Assembly (NCBI RefSeq): GCF_963921235.1
Contig: NC_086108.1
Coordinates: forward strand, 53,384,001 to 53,448,000
Origin: Mobula hypostoma
Taxonomy: Eukaryota
Reading direction: 5' to 3'
DNA: 64,000 bases
The position numbers and the translations under genes are program-made. Positions 1 through 13,844 of this stretch are shown here, in pieces. Within the stretch, counting starts at the first letter, position 1. Every line of letters starts with the position of its first letter. Below the pieces are notes generated by a model that ran no database searches, was not told where the DNA came from, and was given only the letters and a program-made list of their open reading frames with translations.

Positions 1-790
1 ATGAGAACGCTCAGTCCTCTTTTATTATCATTTAGAAATGCATACGTGCATTAAGAAATGATACAATGTTTCTCCGGCGTGATATCACAGAAAACAAGAC
101 AGACCAAAGACTAACACTGACAAAACCACATAATTATACCATATAGTTACAGCAGTGCAAAGTAATGCCATAATTTGATGAAGAACAGTCCATAAGCATA
201 GTAAAAAAAATAGTCTCAAAGTCCCGAGTAGATCGGCTCCCGAGTCCCCGATAGCGGCGGCAAAAGGGAGAAACTCCCTGCCATAAACCTCCAGGCACCA
301 TCACCTTGCCGATACCTTGAAAGCAGCGGACTCTGAGTCCATCCATCTGAAAACTCCGAGCTTCCGAGCAGCCTCTCCGATACAGCGTCCTGAGCGCCAT
401 CCTCTGCCGACCGCCTTTGACCTCTCCCCGGCCGCTGAAACACGCAAAGCCGAGGATTTTGAGGCCTTCAGATCCAGAGATTCCGGTTACCACACAGTAG
501 CAGCGGTAGCAAAGCAGACATTTCAGCAATTTTCCAGATGTTCCACTATGTACTCACGTCCGTCTCCATCAAATCAGGATTGTGCACGATCCCCTACTTG
601 ACAGATAACAGATATTCATCACCGGAGAGGCTGCGCGTGCTGTCATTAGATAGAGCTCTTAAAGATAGTGGAGTCAAGGGATATGGGGAGAAGGCAGGAA
701 AGTTTGTGGATGATCAGCCATGATCACAGTGAATGGCGGTGCTGGCTCCAAGGGCCGAATAGCCTACTCCTGGACCTATTGTCTATTATG
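1..790. repeat. Retroelement 3' end (minus, ~1-645) joined to a CR1 3' tail (plus, ~645-790)
   Basis: 645-790 matches the CR1 tail repeated elsewhere in the window (ggatatggggagaaggcagg...gggccgaatagcctactcc). 1-645 is CpG-rich, with an AATAAA on the minus strand near its left end. Confidence 0.5.
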
Positions 791-3700
791 TGTAGTTTCA
801 TCCTCTGACCACATTATATTTTTATTTTAATCACTATTTGAGTTTTGACTTTTTTTTTGTCTGAAGGAAAAGGAATTGTGAACAATGCCAAAGAAATAGT
901 AAAAGTCTGTCCTTTGTGCTTGTGCTGCACTCAATCAGATCAAGGCCGATCTTGTGTTTCAGTCCCACTTTCATTCACTAATCTTACATTACTCAAGTAC
1001 TTAAATATTCAAAAATCTCTCAATCTGTTCATCTCCATAGCCCTTTTGGATATAGGATTCGAAAGATTCACTACCATTTGAGGTAGTGAATTCTGAATGG
1101 ATGATCCTTTAGTTTGATACTGTGACCTTTAGATCCCAGACATCTCAACAAGTGAATACATGTATGTGAGCTTTGTATTTTTTTTGCTGCAAAAGTTAAG
1201 GCCCATGGGCACTTAAAAAAGGATTAAACACGAACATAATTTCATTACTACTGCACTAAGTTTTGAAGATTTGTGTTAAATCCAAATTACTAGGATATAT
1301 AAATCTCGCACTTACAAACTGCAGTGAGTTATTTGTCTTATCTAATGCCTGTTACAATTTTGCCCCTATTTTCAGAAATAACTGAATATGATCTGCTTAA
1401 TTCTGCACTTTCACTAGTGGGAGAATCTAAAAGGATGGCTACGTTAACATAATTGCAGTTGTTTCCTTGTTCATACTGAGATGAATCAAGGTGAGAACTA
1501 ATTACAAATGCGCATATTAGTTAATGAAAGTTAATGTTTCCTCTGAGATACAACAATTTAAATGATTTGAGCTTGGCCTCATTCCATAGTGTTTCATTCC
1601 ACCCTAGAAAAAGAATGAAGAAATGTTCTGGCAGACATAGCAGGTTCAGATCACAAGAGGGTGCTATGGTTACACCATCAGTGATGCTGTAGTAAAATTA
1701 GTTGATGAGCAGCGTACACGCACTTTCCTATCTTCAAAAAAGATTTTGTTATCCTTTCAACTACTACTTCCATTCCAACATCCAATTCCCTTTGAAATTC
1801 TTTAATTTGTCATTTTGTCTCCCAAAACATCCTTTTGGGCTTCCCCCAGCCTGTATTCTTCTGCACTGGAACAATCCTTGCCATATTCACAAATTACATC
1901 ATTAGTGACTGCAGCTAAGTGGTTTTTCTCTACCATCAAACTGGATGGGCCTATTTGCAGGGTTCCATTACTACCTATCTGAATGCAAGAAGTGCAGCTC
2001 GAGCAATGAATTTCTTCCATATACTGACCAATACTTATATTTTCAGATTCTTGCATGATAGTATATCCTATTAAAAACTGAAAATAAATTAAGCTGAAAA
2101 AAATTGGAAAGTAATTTGATCTTCCATTTTATTGTCAGTTGAGAAATAAAATAGCATTTTCTTGTTTGATTTTTTTTTTGCTTTTCTCATTCTTTTGCTA
2201 ATACATTTGTCTTTATCCTTTCCTTTCTATTTTTTGTTTGGCTGTGGTCTGTTTATCTTTGTGATGTTTGTATTTGGTTACCTCCAATTGTTAATTTTGC
2301 TTTCAATTTTTTTTTCACCTTAAAATTTATTCTTCACTATACATATTCCACTTTAGTTATTAAGTGGCTTTTTTAAAACTGAATGTCTCAATTTTAATTT
2401 ACTTTGAATCAGCAGATTTGGAGCCAACTTGTGGTGAAGTGCTACATTGTGTGCAGGTGATTGAAAGAAATTGATGTTTGAAGGGGATGAGAATGGGAGA
2501 TTAGCAATGATGGGGATAGGAGAAAGCATTGAAGAGGCTTGGCATATGGCAGGAAGTCAGAGAAGGAAGCAATTACAGGAGGGAATGATAGCAGCTGAAA
2601 ACAGTGGGGACATAGAATGTTCATGTGGTCACAGGAGGAATCATGATATGGATGTTGGAAGCACTTTTGCAGAAGCTTGAAGGTGAGGTGGTGTTGGATG
2701 ATTTGTGGAAATTCTTAGCTCTTGTATAATCGCTGGCCTGCTGAAAGCAGTTGCCTGTATATCGAACGTCTTCAACTTTTTGATGCTGTCATTCCATCAT
2801 TCAAAGTCGATAACAAAACATTGTACAATACCAACCCAATTTCATAATAGATACGTTAATATTATCAAAAAAAAACACCTTTGGATGTCTCAGTTCCATT
2901 AAGTGCAAAATTAAATTTTTAGTGATCACACTTAAATAACATTTGAACCACTGTGCATTTTGCCAGGCAGGTACTGGAACTTGATAAAAATGCTTAGCTT
3001 TTGTTTTTGTATTTTAAAGCTTTCTTTTAGAAAGTACACACTACAGCTGAAAAATGTGCAGTTCATTTTAAGCATCAAAAGTTAGAAGGCTCTCTTTAGC
3101 CTAAATAGGCAGTAATTTCACCATGGAACATTCAGTTTTATAAATTTTATTATTAATTTGATCCAGTCCACATTCTGATTCATATTGAGGCTACAAACCT
3201 ATTGTGGGAGAGACTGCCTTCAAACTGAACCATTCTTCATATTACAGTTTAGCAAGAGTCAACATATTATTTGACATAGGAGTTATGCATCTCATAACTG
3301 AGAACCATCACTTCATATTTATGTGTGTATTTATCAACAAGATCAATATTTCCCCCTTAACATGGGGGCAACAGTTTGAGTACCTAGCACCTCAGCCGAG
3401 ACCAGCTGATTCAGCACAAATCTAGGATCGGAACTGGAATCCCTGCTTTATATGGCTCACTGCCACACCACACCACATGATACATTTACTGAGTTGTTGG
3501 GGAAGATTGTTAATACAATTTGAAATATCACTTGTGGTAGTTGGAGGGAAATCAAGAATTTGAGTTCTGTTTTTGAAGTTTGTTCAAATTTTGAACATAT
3601 TTCCCACTTTTAGATCTAAAACCTGAAAATCCTTTATAGATTCGTCTCAGGTCTCCTCATTTTGACAGATGAACACATTATATTATACTCAGAACTAAAA

Positions 3701-4769
3701 CAGACTTGCTGCAGGTTATTTTAAAGTGTGCCTTAATTGCCTTAGATATGTTGGCAATGAGGAGTCTTCAAAGGCTATCTTTAACCTACTAGTGATTCCT
3801 TTGCTCTATGACTTTTTGCACTGTAATTGTAACCCAGTACTGTAAATGTCAGCTAACACATAACCCGTACTGCTCTTACAAGCACCCACTTTTAGTTTGA
3901 TACTAAACATAGAAATATACATTTTTTTAAAAATTTTGTACGATGTTTAATTTTAAGTAAGTAACTCTTTAAAGTTTAATGGTAGTGTTTTGTAAGTAAT
4001 ATCAAACAAACTCTATTTTGTGTTGAGTTTATCCCCAAGAAACATAATGATACTTTAGTTTTTGAATTATGAGTAACTCATCCACTGACCCCTTGAATAT
4101 CATTTCCTTCTTCATGTCACCAGTTTCCTTGTGAAATGCTTCTCAATATGCTTTTATTGAATTTGTTTTTATAAATGGAAGTTGTTATTAAATATGCCAA
4201 GGATAGTATGACTCAATGTCTTATTTTTCACTGCACCAATCTGGTATTGCAATGTGATCTCCCCTGAACCACAGGTGAGATACCAAGTGCAGGCCAAAGG
4301 TAATTTTTAGTTCAAGTGCAAATAGCAATAAAAGGAATGACAGCACTCCTGCTTTGAGCCTTGTCGATGATGGAAAGCCCTGCAGGGGTAAGAAAGTAAG
4401 GCAATCATCATCTGCCACGTTAATATGGTTGGTTCGAGTAAGGTTCTAGTTATTGGTAAGCTCCATTCCAAAGCCTCACCATAATGGTAGAGGGGTCAGC
4501 TAAGATGGTATTGCTGGTCATCAAGAGAAGATGAATGGGCATTCTTTAACTCAAATCTAGGACCTCTGTGGCAAGAATGCTACTTGCCACTTGCCGTGAA
4601 ACTGTGCCTGATAATTTGACTTAGCCGTATTCCCATCAGGCTTTGTTGAGATCATAACGCAAGATTAGGAGTATGAGTATTCCGTGTGGCTCCTCAATGA
4701 ATAGAGTTGTGGCTAGTCTGGGCCTAAATACTAGTTTCTTGCTTGACACATAACTCTGGATCAGTCGTA

Positions 4770-5860
4770 GCATCATAGAGTAGTACAACACAGATAAAGG
4801 TTCATCAGCCCAATAAGTCCACACCAAACATATTGCCAACCCATCTAGTTTCAGTTTCCTGCATTCAGCCCAAATCCCTCTAAGCCCTGTCTGTTGATGT
4901 ACCTGTCCAAGTGCTTCTTAAATGATACTATTGTAACTGGCTTACAACTTCCTCCAGCAGCCCGTTCCATTTATTAACCACCCTCTACATGGAAAAAGTT
5001 GCCCCTCGAATCCCTTTTAAATCCTTCTCCTCTCACCGTAATTCGTTGACCCCTAATTTCAGAATCCCTACCCTGGGGGACAGGTTGCTACTATCTACTT
5101 TAATACCACTCATGATTTTATAAACCTCTATAAGATGACCTCATCATTATCCTACATCCCAAAGAATAAAGACCTATCCTGGTCAAACTCTGCCTATTAC
5201 ACAGGTCCTCTTGTATTGGCAGCTTCCTCAAAAATCTTTACTGTATTTGCTCCAGTTTAGCAAGGTGGTAGAAACTGTACAGCGTACTCTAAAGGCTGAT
5301 TTATACTTGTACGTGCAGGCTATGCCGTAGGTCTGATTTATACTTTTGTGTAGCCCTACGCTGTAGTAAGCATGCATAGTTGTGCCTGCGTCGCTCTGCA
5401 ATTCACCGCCAAAACGCTAGTTTTCAGATGTCGGCAGGTAGGTTTGACGATTTGGTTCATCGTCTCCAACCATTTGTTTTGCATCAGTGTACAGACATGG
5501 CGGAGAGAAGCAACCGGAAATGCATATGAGGAAATGTGATGCTTCCAAGTGGACCAGTCACAGTTGTTGCGGTCTGCGTTGCCACGATGCATGAGTTACA
5601 TTTTTAGGGAGGTGCACGTCACCCTACGGCGTAGGGTACACGTTACCTACAGTGTACATTTGACGCACAAGTATAAATCAGCCTTTACAGTGCCCTCACC
5701 AACAAGTTATACAACTGCAACATAACATCCCAAAATGATACTCACTGCCCTGACTAACAAAGGCCAGCATGCTAAACACCTTTTTCACCACTCTGTCTTC
5801 CAGTGACATCACTTTCAACAACTATACACTTGTATTCCTAGGTCTGCCGATCCATTATTC
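4770..5860 (-). mobile_element. Decayed CR1 LINE 3' fragment interrupted by a MITE
   Basis: Similar to other CR1 ORF2 3' ends in the window (e.g. 32210-32700). Confidence 0.65.
5293..5684. mobile_element. MITE with terminal inverted repeats (PIF/Harbinger-like)
   Basis: TIRs aggctgatttatacttgt ... acaagtataaatcagcct, flanked by taa / tta, with an internal extra TIR-like copy at ~5334. Confidence 0.75.
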
Positions 5861-6869
5861 TATGTGTCCCATCATTTCCCATCTTTTCCCAAAAAATGTT
5901 TTGTAGTAGGATACACTTTCAGGTCTCTCTTGCTTACTCTGCCTGGTGGCCATCTACTCCTTCTCTGACCATCTTTCTGAAGCTATAGGGCAAGCACTTC
6001 TTAAAGTGTCCTACCCTGATAATCCTCAGTGTATCATAGATGCACTGTGAAAGGAGAAAATGTCCTACAATTCATGGTACAAATCTTACTCTGACTTTAA
6101 ATTAGCTTGGAATAGATTCCACAATCTACTGCTGCTATCTGGTTTAGGATATTCCAATGATTCACTGATTTTGAAACAAAACAAGGTTCCCCTTCATCCT
6201 ATCGAATGGTTGAACTCTAAACCTTAAACTATGGGCCTCAGTTGTAAACTCTCCCACTAGGATGCCCTCAGGGCAATCAGCCTGTCAAGCCCTTTCTGAA
6301 TGTGTAAGGTTTCAGTGAGATCACAGAATTGCCAGAGATAAAGGCGTTTCCTCCACTCAGTTTGCATCTCTGAGGTTGAGAGTTATCAAGGTAGCACATT
6401 TTAAGAAGTGTTTGTCTCATAGATGAGGAAAGGTAGTGAGAGAAGGATTAGATAACCATCAGACAGATTTAGGAAGGGAGACTGCTAGGAAAACCTCACA
6501 GTGTATCCCACTCCCAAAATATTTTCTCTATATTGAGGAATGATGGGACTAAGTGCATCTTTGGAGCACCCAGCCAGATGAATGATCATGGCATTGTAGG
6601 TGGCTCAGATGCACGTGGGGTAGCAAGAGTCAAAGGGGAATAGTGACAGAAGACTCAATCGGGGAAAGAAGGACATTTCTGAAGATTTGATGTGAATTCA
6701 GGATGGTGTGTTAGCTCCTAATTGAAAGAGTAAAGGGTGCCATAAAACTGCATACTGGACTCAAGATATCTAATACCTCCCATTTTAATGTTAACTCATT
6801 CTAAAATTTCACCATCCATCTCCCAGACTTTTCCCTAAATGAACAGAAGAGTATTTATTTAAAATATGA

Positions 6870-7430
6870 CTATAAGATATAGGAGCAGAATTAGGCCATG
6901 TGGCCCATCAAGTCTGCTCCGCCATTTCATCATGGCTGATCCAATTTTCCTCTCGGCCCCAATTTCCTGCCTTTTTCTCGTATCGCTTAATGCCCTGACC
7001 AATCAAGAACCTATCAACCTCTGCCTTAAATATACATAAAGGCTTGGCCTCCACAGCTGCCTGAGGCATATAATTCCACAGATTCACCAATCTCTGGCTA
7101 AAGAAGCTTCTCCTTATCTCCATTCTAAAAGGGTGCCCTTCTATTCTGAGGTTGTGTCCTCTGGTCTTAGACTCTCCCCGCATAGGAAACTTACTCTCCA
7201 CATCCACTCTTTCAAGCCCTATCACTATTCGATAGGTTTCAATGAGATCAGCCCTCATTCTTCTAAATTCTAGTGAATACAGGCCCAGAGGCATCTAACA
7301 CTCTTCACGTGATAAGCCATTCAATCCTGGAATCATTTTTGTGAACTTCCTTTGAACCTTCTGCAGTTCTAGCACGTCCTTTCTAAGATAAGGGACCCAG
7401 AACTGCTCACAATACTCCAAGTGAAGCCTC
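6870..7430 (-). mobile_element. CR1 LINE 3' fragment
   Basis: ORF 6908-7294 LGLYSLEFRRMRADLIETYRI...FFSQRLVNLWN is the CR1 ORF2 C-terminus. Confidence 0.85.
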
Positions 7431-7924
7431 CACATTCACCATGTTCTTTGACTGCATGTGTAGATTACCCTTTTATCCCTAATTAGCCCTATTCTTAATT
7501 ATCCTTTCCCCCTAAGTACTCTTGTAAATATTTGACATTTACCTTAATCTTACCTGCCAATGATATTTTATGCCTAATCTGCTACCTTTTTTTTGTACTC
7601 CAACTGCGCTGTCTCTATTCTTCTCAAACTGCCCCATTTTCCCTTCATTATACCTGTCTTCCTCTTCTTCATTCAGCTAACAATATAACTTGACCTCCAG
7701 CGTTCTTGAGCGTTATTATTTTCACCCCTACAAGAGCACTTTGGTATTGTACTCTATTTCACTTTTCATTTACTACCACTTGCTGAATATAAATGTGTCT
7801 GCAGATACTGTTTCCACTCTGCTTTTGCCAAATTTTGTCTTGCTATATTCCTCCAATTGTAGGCCTTAATTTCCAGTTTATCCTTATCCTTTTCCATCAG
7901 TATTTTGAAACTTGTTTTTGGTCA

Positions 7925-8047
7925 CCACACAACATGCTGGAGGAACTCAGTATCTGGCAACATCCGAAAATGGCTCCCAATTTGCTGAGTTCCTCCAGCA
8001 TTTTGTGTGTGTTGCTCAAGATTTCCAGCATTCTTTAGAATCTCTTG
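7925..8047. repeat. Penelope-type terminal repeat fragments in inverted arrangement
   Basis: acacacaacatgctggaggaactcag ... ctgagttcctccagcattttgtgtgt inverted pair, same family as 48826-48978 and 49773-49895. Confidence 0.65.
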
Positions 8048-11000
8048 TGGCTTTGCTTTTGGTCATTATCTCCCAAGTGCTCTCCCATTGACATGTCAGC
8101 TATTTGCACAGCTCCATTCACTAAGAACAGGTCTGGTACGTCCCTCTCTGAAGGACTATCTAAACGCCTGCTTAAGTCAGGTCAAGTGTCAAGTGAAGTT
8201 TACCGTCATTTAACTACATACATGTATGTAATGTATATAACCACATAATGTATAAAGAAACTAGATGATGTTTCTCTGAACCAGGGTGTAAAGCACAATA
8301 GTACACATAACACACGATAACTTATGAAGGTGAGGATAAAATCTACAGATGAATCACACATAAACAACAAACTAAAGTACATTAATATTAAATATTGTAA
8401 GGTATGGAACAGGTTAACCAGTGACACTTAAATATGATGCGGCCGGGAGTTCAGAAGCCTGAACTTGGGGAAGAAACCGTTTCTCATCCAGACCATTGTT
8501 GTTTTTTTATGCACCATAGTCTCCTGCCTTAAAGGATTCCCTTTGATGCACATGAAAAATTCCATTTCTATTTCTTTTACACAAAGGTGATCACAGTTAG
8601 GATGGTGACATCCCCTAGTACTACATACCTATTAGTCTTACACCGCTGTGTTTCGCGAATATATCTGCTTCTCTAGGTTTTGCTGCCTATTAGGACTTAT
8701 GTGGCATACCCAGCAAAGTGATAGCTTTGTGAAATAGAGTATGTGACATTCCCAGCAAAGTAATAGCTCCATTTTGTTTGTAGGTTTTAAAAGTCTGCAC
8801 TGCTCAGAAGAGCTTCTAGGCTATCCAGTCACATTGCTGCAGTAATAAACTTCTCAATCAATATTTCAATACCATCTCATCTTTTTCAACCTCCATCTAA
8901 AATGTCTGAAGAGAATTAGACATGGAGAAAGAGACTGGAGTTCTGGAGTTGAAGTCAAGCCAGATGAGAGAGATATTTTGACTTTATTTTAGCATGGTAA
9001 CAGACCACTCCAACCCAATGAGCCCACACTGCTTTAATTCTCTTTCTTTCTTATTGCAGTTGGAGCAGTGGGCATAGTGGAATCCATCTCTTGTGGGATG
9101 TGGGAAGGGAGGGATGAATTTGTCATTATTTCACACCAGTTGTGTTTGAAGAGACTAGATTTTAGACACCAGCAGAATCAAAGGATATGGGCTTTAGAAG
9201 AGAAAACAACTTTAGAAGATCAGTGGATCAACTTCGTAAGGTTTGAGTGTTCTATCCCAGCTCTACTTCATATGTTCTATTTTTTTGTGTTTTTTATGCA
9301 TTCTTCTACTTGCTCATTTCTTCTGATTGTCTGGAGTGTATCCTGCAGTGCATTATCAACACCTTTTTTTTGAAAATCCAGTTATACTACATCTACCTCA
9401 GTAGCTATTTGTCACTACCCTTTCCTGCTAGTTTAATAATTCAATAAAGCTGGCCAGGCATGAGCTTCCCTTTTGAAATCCATATTAATGTCTCCCACTG
9501 TATTTTTAATATCTGGATGCTTCTCGCTGACATCTTTGATTCTATTATCTTTTCTACAATTGAGATAGCTGATCTATCATTTTGTGAAATTGTTCTTTCT
9601 TAAAGAAATCATTGACTTCGAGTCATTTGGTACAACATTTCCTGAAGCACCTATGACTGTGTAATCTTGGCTGCTGAGAATAACTAAAAATTGAGGGGCA
9701 ATTACCCTTGCTACCTAGAAACTGGTACCCTAATTTCTTTTAACATGGTGGGAGATGATAAAAGATAGGGTATCAGTTGTAGGTAGCAAACTATCTGACC
9801 AAGCCAGAGATTTTGTCTTTCATAAATATGATTAATTTATCATTTATTTACCCCTTTCTATCTTGTATATTCTTGTATATTTTTGATCCCTTTTTTCTAA
9901 TATCCTGTTCACAATGTGGATTCCTTGATAAGAATAGAGGGAATGTAATTTATAAATATTTTGGGCATTTTTATCATGTGTGAGTTTATCATATGTATTA
10001 TTTGGTGACTCTATCCCTATCCTAATTTTACTTTTGTTTTTTATGTGTCTGTGAAATACAACTTTTATTCCTTCACACTTGTATTTCTCCGGACATTGTG
10101 ATATTGATCACAAATTTAGTTCTTATAATTTCAACAACTTATTTCTTTGGGGAATAAAGAAATGATTAGACCTGGACTGGTGAACTAAATCCTGTTCAAA
10201 TCCTACCACAACAGATGAGCTATTAAAAATTAGTTGATTAAATAACCTGCAGCAAAAAGCCAGTATACCTGGTGATCAGAAAATTATGAAGTCGTAGTAA
10301 AAACCCTTGTTCAGTTAGGTCATTCAGGGAATCTGTACTCCTTATCTTTATAGCCTATCTAAGATTCTTAACTGTTCTTTGAAATGACTCAGCAAGGCAC
10401 TCCATTGAAACAAACAAAGTACAGTGAAATGGGTTGGACCATTTGACGTCAATACAGATAATGGATCTGGAGATGACAAAGGTACATTCAGCCCAACGAC
10501 TCCTGCAGTATTTTCTTCACAAATCAGTTTAGGGAGTTGATGGCTGAAACAAAGAAACTCGAAACATCAAATTTTACAACAATTGTTTAGATTCTACAGG
10601 TACATTTTGTTCCATTTCCGAGACAGCTATCAGGATTGGTATCACAAAGGAAGACTTGAATATGATGAACTTCTTGTGAAAAAAAAACACAAGCACAGGC
10701 AGATCCTTCTGTTTATCACCGTAACCTCACAGTCTTGTTTTCCCTCATTCTACCAAAACCAGTCCTAGTTATGTGAGTAAAGTGAAGAGCAGACTAAGAT
10801 AACCTAACAATGAAGTGCTGACCAAGTGAATCGATCTGTAACGCAGGACTACATGTACCCTGCTATAGCCAGACTCAATTAATCCCATCAGCATTGAATA
10901 AGACCAAACCTCTTCCTTCCTTTCACATGATGAAGGACAATGGAAAATTAAACAGCCAGCTGGAGAAAATAATTCAATATTCATCCCTGTCATCAAGAAT

Positions 11001-11521
11001 GTAAAAACACTGCTTGTGAGTTTAAGATTGAAACATCTGCAGTTAGTTGCAGCCACAAGTGCAGAACTGATTCTTCATCCCAGCATCTTTTCAAAGCCCT
11101 TATCATCAATAAAATTGACCTTCAACCAATTCAATGCACTCTATGTGAAATGAAGAGTTGTCTGATGTTCAGGATACAATGGAGGCAATATCACAGTCAA
11201 GAATATTCAAGATTTAACTTTAGACTCACCTTTAACCAAGTTATTCTAACAGAGCTACAACATTGGTATCTAGCAGCGGTATAGCAAATTCTTCAAAAAT
11301 GTCCTTTCCACAAAAAAATAAAATTTAGTCAGGCCATTTATTGCTCCATCAGTCAACTTTCAACTGTAAATGCAATCCTGCTGAGTATTGTAAGCTCTAT
11401 GCTGATTGTATTGACTTTTCATTGTCAGTAGTTCAAAATTCTACCAATCAGCAGCGTAGAGGTGGAAGACCCTTCACCACACAACTGCAATGGCTCACTG
11501 GTGCCATCCCTGGAAAACTAA

Positions 11522-12113
11522 CATAACGCGCTGTAAGGTTTCACTGCTAATGTAGTGGCCTCTCTGTAATGTTTCACTGCTAATGTAAATCGTTTCTCTG
11601 TAGCAGCAATGTTTGGGTTATGACTAGAGATAACGGGGGCTATGGTGTGTGCACCATCCAATGAGAGGCTTGTTGTTTCTTTCTTGTGGTCTGAGAGAAG
11701 GTATTCACGGTCTTTTGTCGGCGAGAGATGAGGAGAGAAGACGCGAGTGGAGAGAGTTGGTAGACTGCCGGATGGAGTGGACTTGGAGTGAGGGTCCGAG
11801 GATTGGCGATGCTCAGAGGAAGTCGATGGGGAACGAATGGATAGAACCATGAGCTTCAATGTGCACATTAGACTGTCTCATTAAAATGGGCCCTTTTTCT
11901 TTTTATTTTCTTTACTAACCCTATAGTCAGATTAAGAATTATAATGTTCAATCATTTAATTGCATATGGTATACTGTCCGATATTTTGTGTAACGGATTT
12001 GTAACCGGGCAACATATCATGTACCATCCACACAAACGAGATTTCTCAGTTTGGCTGGGCCAGAGGCTGTCTTCCCCTGGACAAACACATGCTAGTCGAA
12101 CATGAGGGTTACA
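11522..12113 (+). mobile_element. Probable solo LTR
   Basis: Ends ...gagggttaca, has a degenerate tgtaac-like start and a ~33-bp tandem repeat (tgtaa.gtttcactgctaatgta) near the 5' end. GC/CpG-richer than flanks. No TSD seen. Confidence 0.4.
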
Positions 12114-13844
12114 TTAGGGACTACCAGTAAACATTGATATGAGTGTTGCTGACATTGCTAATGTTAATTTTGCTTCATGTATGATCATTTATTGATAACT
12201 GTTTAAACAAGCATACTTTGATTTAAGCATCTCTCGGATATCTGTTAAGGACTGAATTTCTTGTGAACTGTTCACATTCCAAAAAAAGAACAAAATTCAT
12301 TTAGGATGCTAATTAGATCTAATATGCAGGATACAAATAAACTACATGATAGAACTAAGTATATTCGCAATATAATTAGAAAATGGAGGGACTAGAACAA
12401 ATTTCATAGATGCTTGCACCTCTGAAGCAAAATTTTCATTCACAAGGTATAGCAAAATACTTTGCAAAGGGCCATTCGCATGATAGATTGGAACTGCTCA
12501 GTTAGTAAGGTATTGTGAGACAATTTTCAAAACATTTTATAAGGATATTAACAGATTGAAAGCGGTTCAGAGAAACTTTACTAGTGTCCAGTCTAGTAAA
12601 CCTCTGAACTGCTTCAAATGTATTAGCATCATTAAATAAATAAATACACAGATGTGGCTTTGTCAATGAATGCATCAAATAACAGCAGCATAACCTCACT
12701 ACTTTTGTATTCAATTTCTCCAGCAATAAACAATGGAGTTCTGTTATCATCCTTAATTACATGCTGTGCCTTAATACGAGTCTTTTGGGATCAATTTTCC
12801 GGGTCACTCAGATTCCTTTGCATCTTAAAGTTCTAGAAGTATAACTCATGTCTGATTCAAATTCAGTGTAAAGTACCATTCTGAGGAGTTTCACCATGCT
12901 GGAATATGTGGGTTGTCTTACAAAAAGAGGTAAATAGGCTAGACTTATATCTGCTGATGTTTTGAAGAATGAAATGATGCAGTTGAAACATATTAGATCT
13001 GAAGGGGTTTTGATAAGGTGGGAATAAGTTTCTTGTTCTGGAAAATTGATAGTAATGGGATTACTGTCTATAACAACACATTATCCATTTAAGAAAGAGG
13101 AAGTGATTTTTTTTCTCTCAGAGAATCACATGAATTTGTAATCACCTTAAAGGGCAGTGGAAGCAGAGCCTTTGAATATTTTTAAGGTAGATATGGAGTG
13201 ACTCTTGTTAACAAGTTGTGATAGGTTACCATAGATAAACAGGAAGGTGGAGTTGAAATTGAAATTGATTAGCTGTGCAAAGTCCAGAGTGTTCCACTGC
13301 AAATAATTAGTAAGTTTGTATGTATTCCAACATTGAGCAATGTCATTTGTACAATATTTATGTCAGAGGACTAAACTTCAAGCTTTAAAAATTTGATGTG
13401 TAGTTTTTTTTATCAGCTCAGATAATAAAGATAACATGCACATTAATCCAGTTTGTTGACCTACCACTGACACCATTCTCACCAAAATTAAGTCCACATG
13501 CCAAAATATAGCAGAAATGCACACTGCTTCAGCCCTTAAATCATCCTATTGTTTAATCTGATGGTTGTTGTAAAGGTGCTTAGAGATCCAGGCAAGAATA
13601 AGTTCTGACTATGACAGAGCATTCGTACTCTTCTAAGTATGATAATGAGGCCACCTCTTTAGCTTTATCATAAAGTTTTTATTTCTTGAGTTTTTGTGAA
13701 CAAAAGTTGAAATGGTATTACAATGTATATGAAATACTGAATATTTAGGGTTTTTATCTTGGTTAAGAATGACTGTTAAGAAACCAGACCAGATGGAAGG
13801 TATACTCTGTAAATGATTGGCTGTGTTAATAGGGAGATCTAGAT

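Noticed and set aside
134..601. Overlapping 75-131 aa ORFs at the window start
   Set aside because: They lie in GC-rich repeat-like sequence and show no recognisable protein similarity.
3031..3099. Possible terminal exon KVHTTAEKCAVHFKHQKLEGSL* after an acceptor-like tract
   Set aside because: Too short, and no match to the neighbouring genes I can recall.
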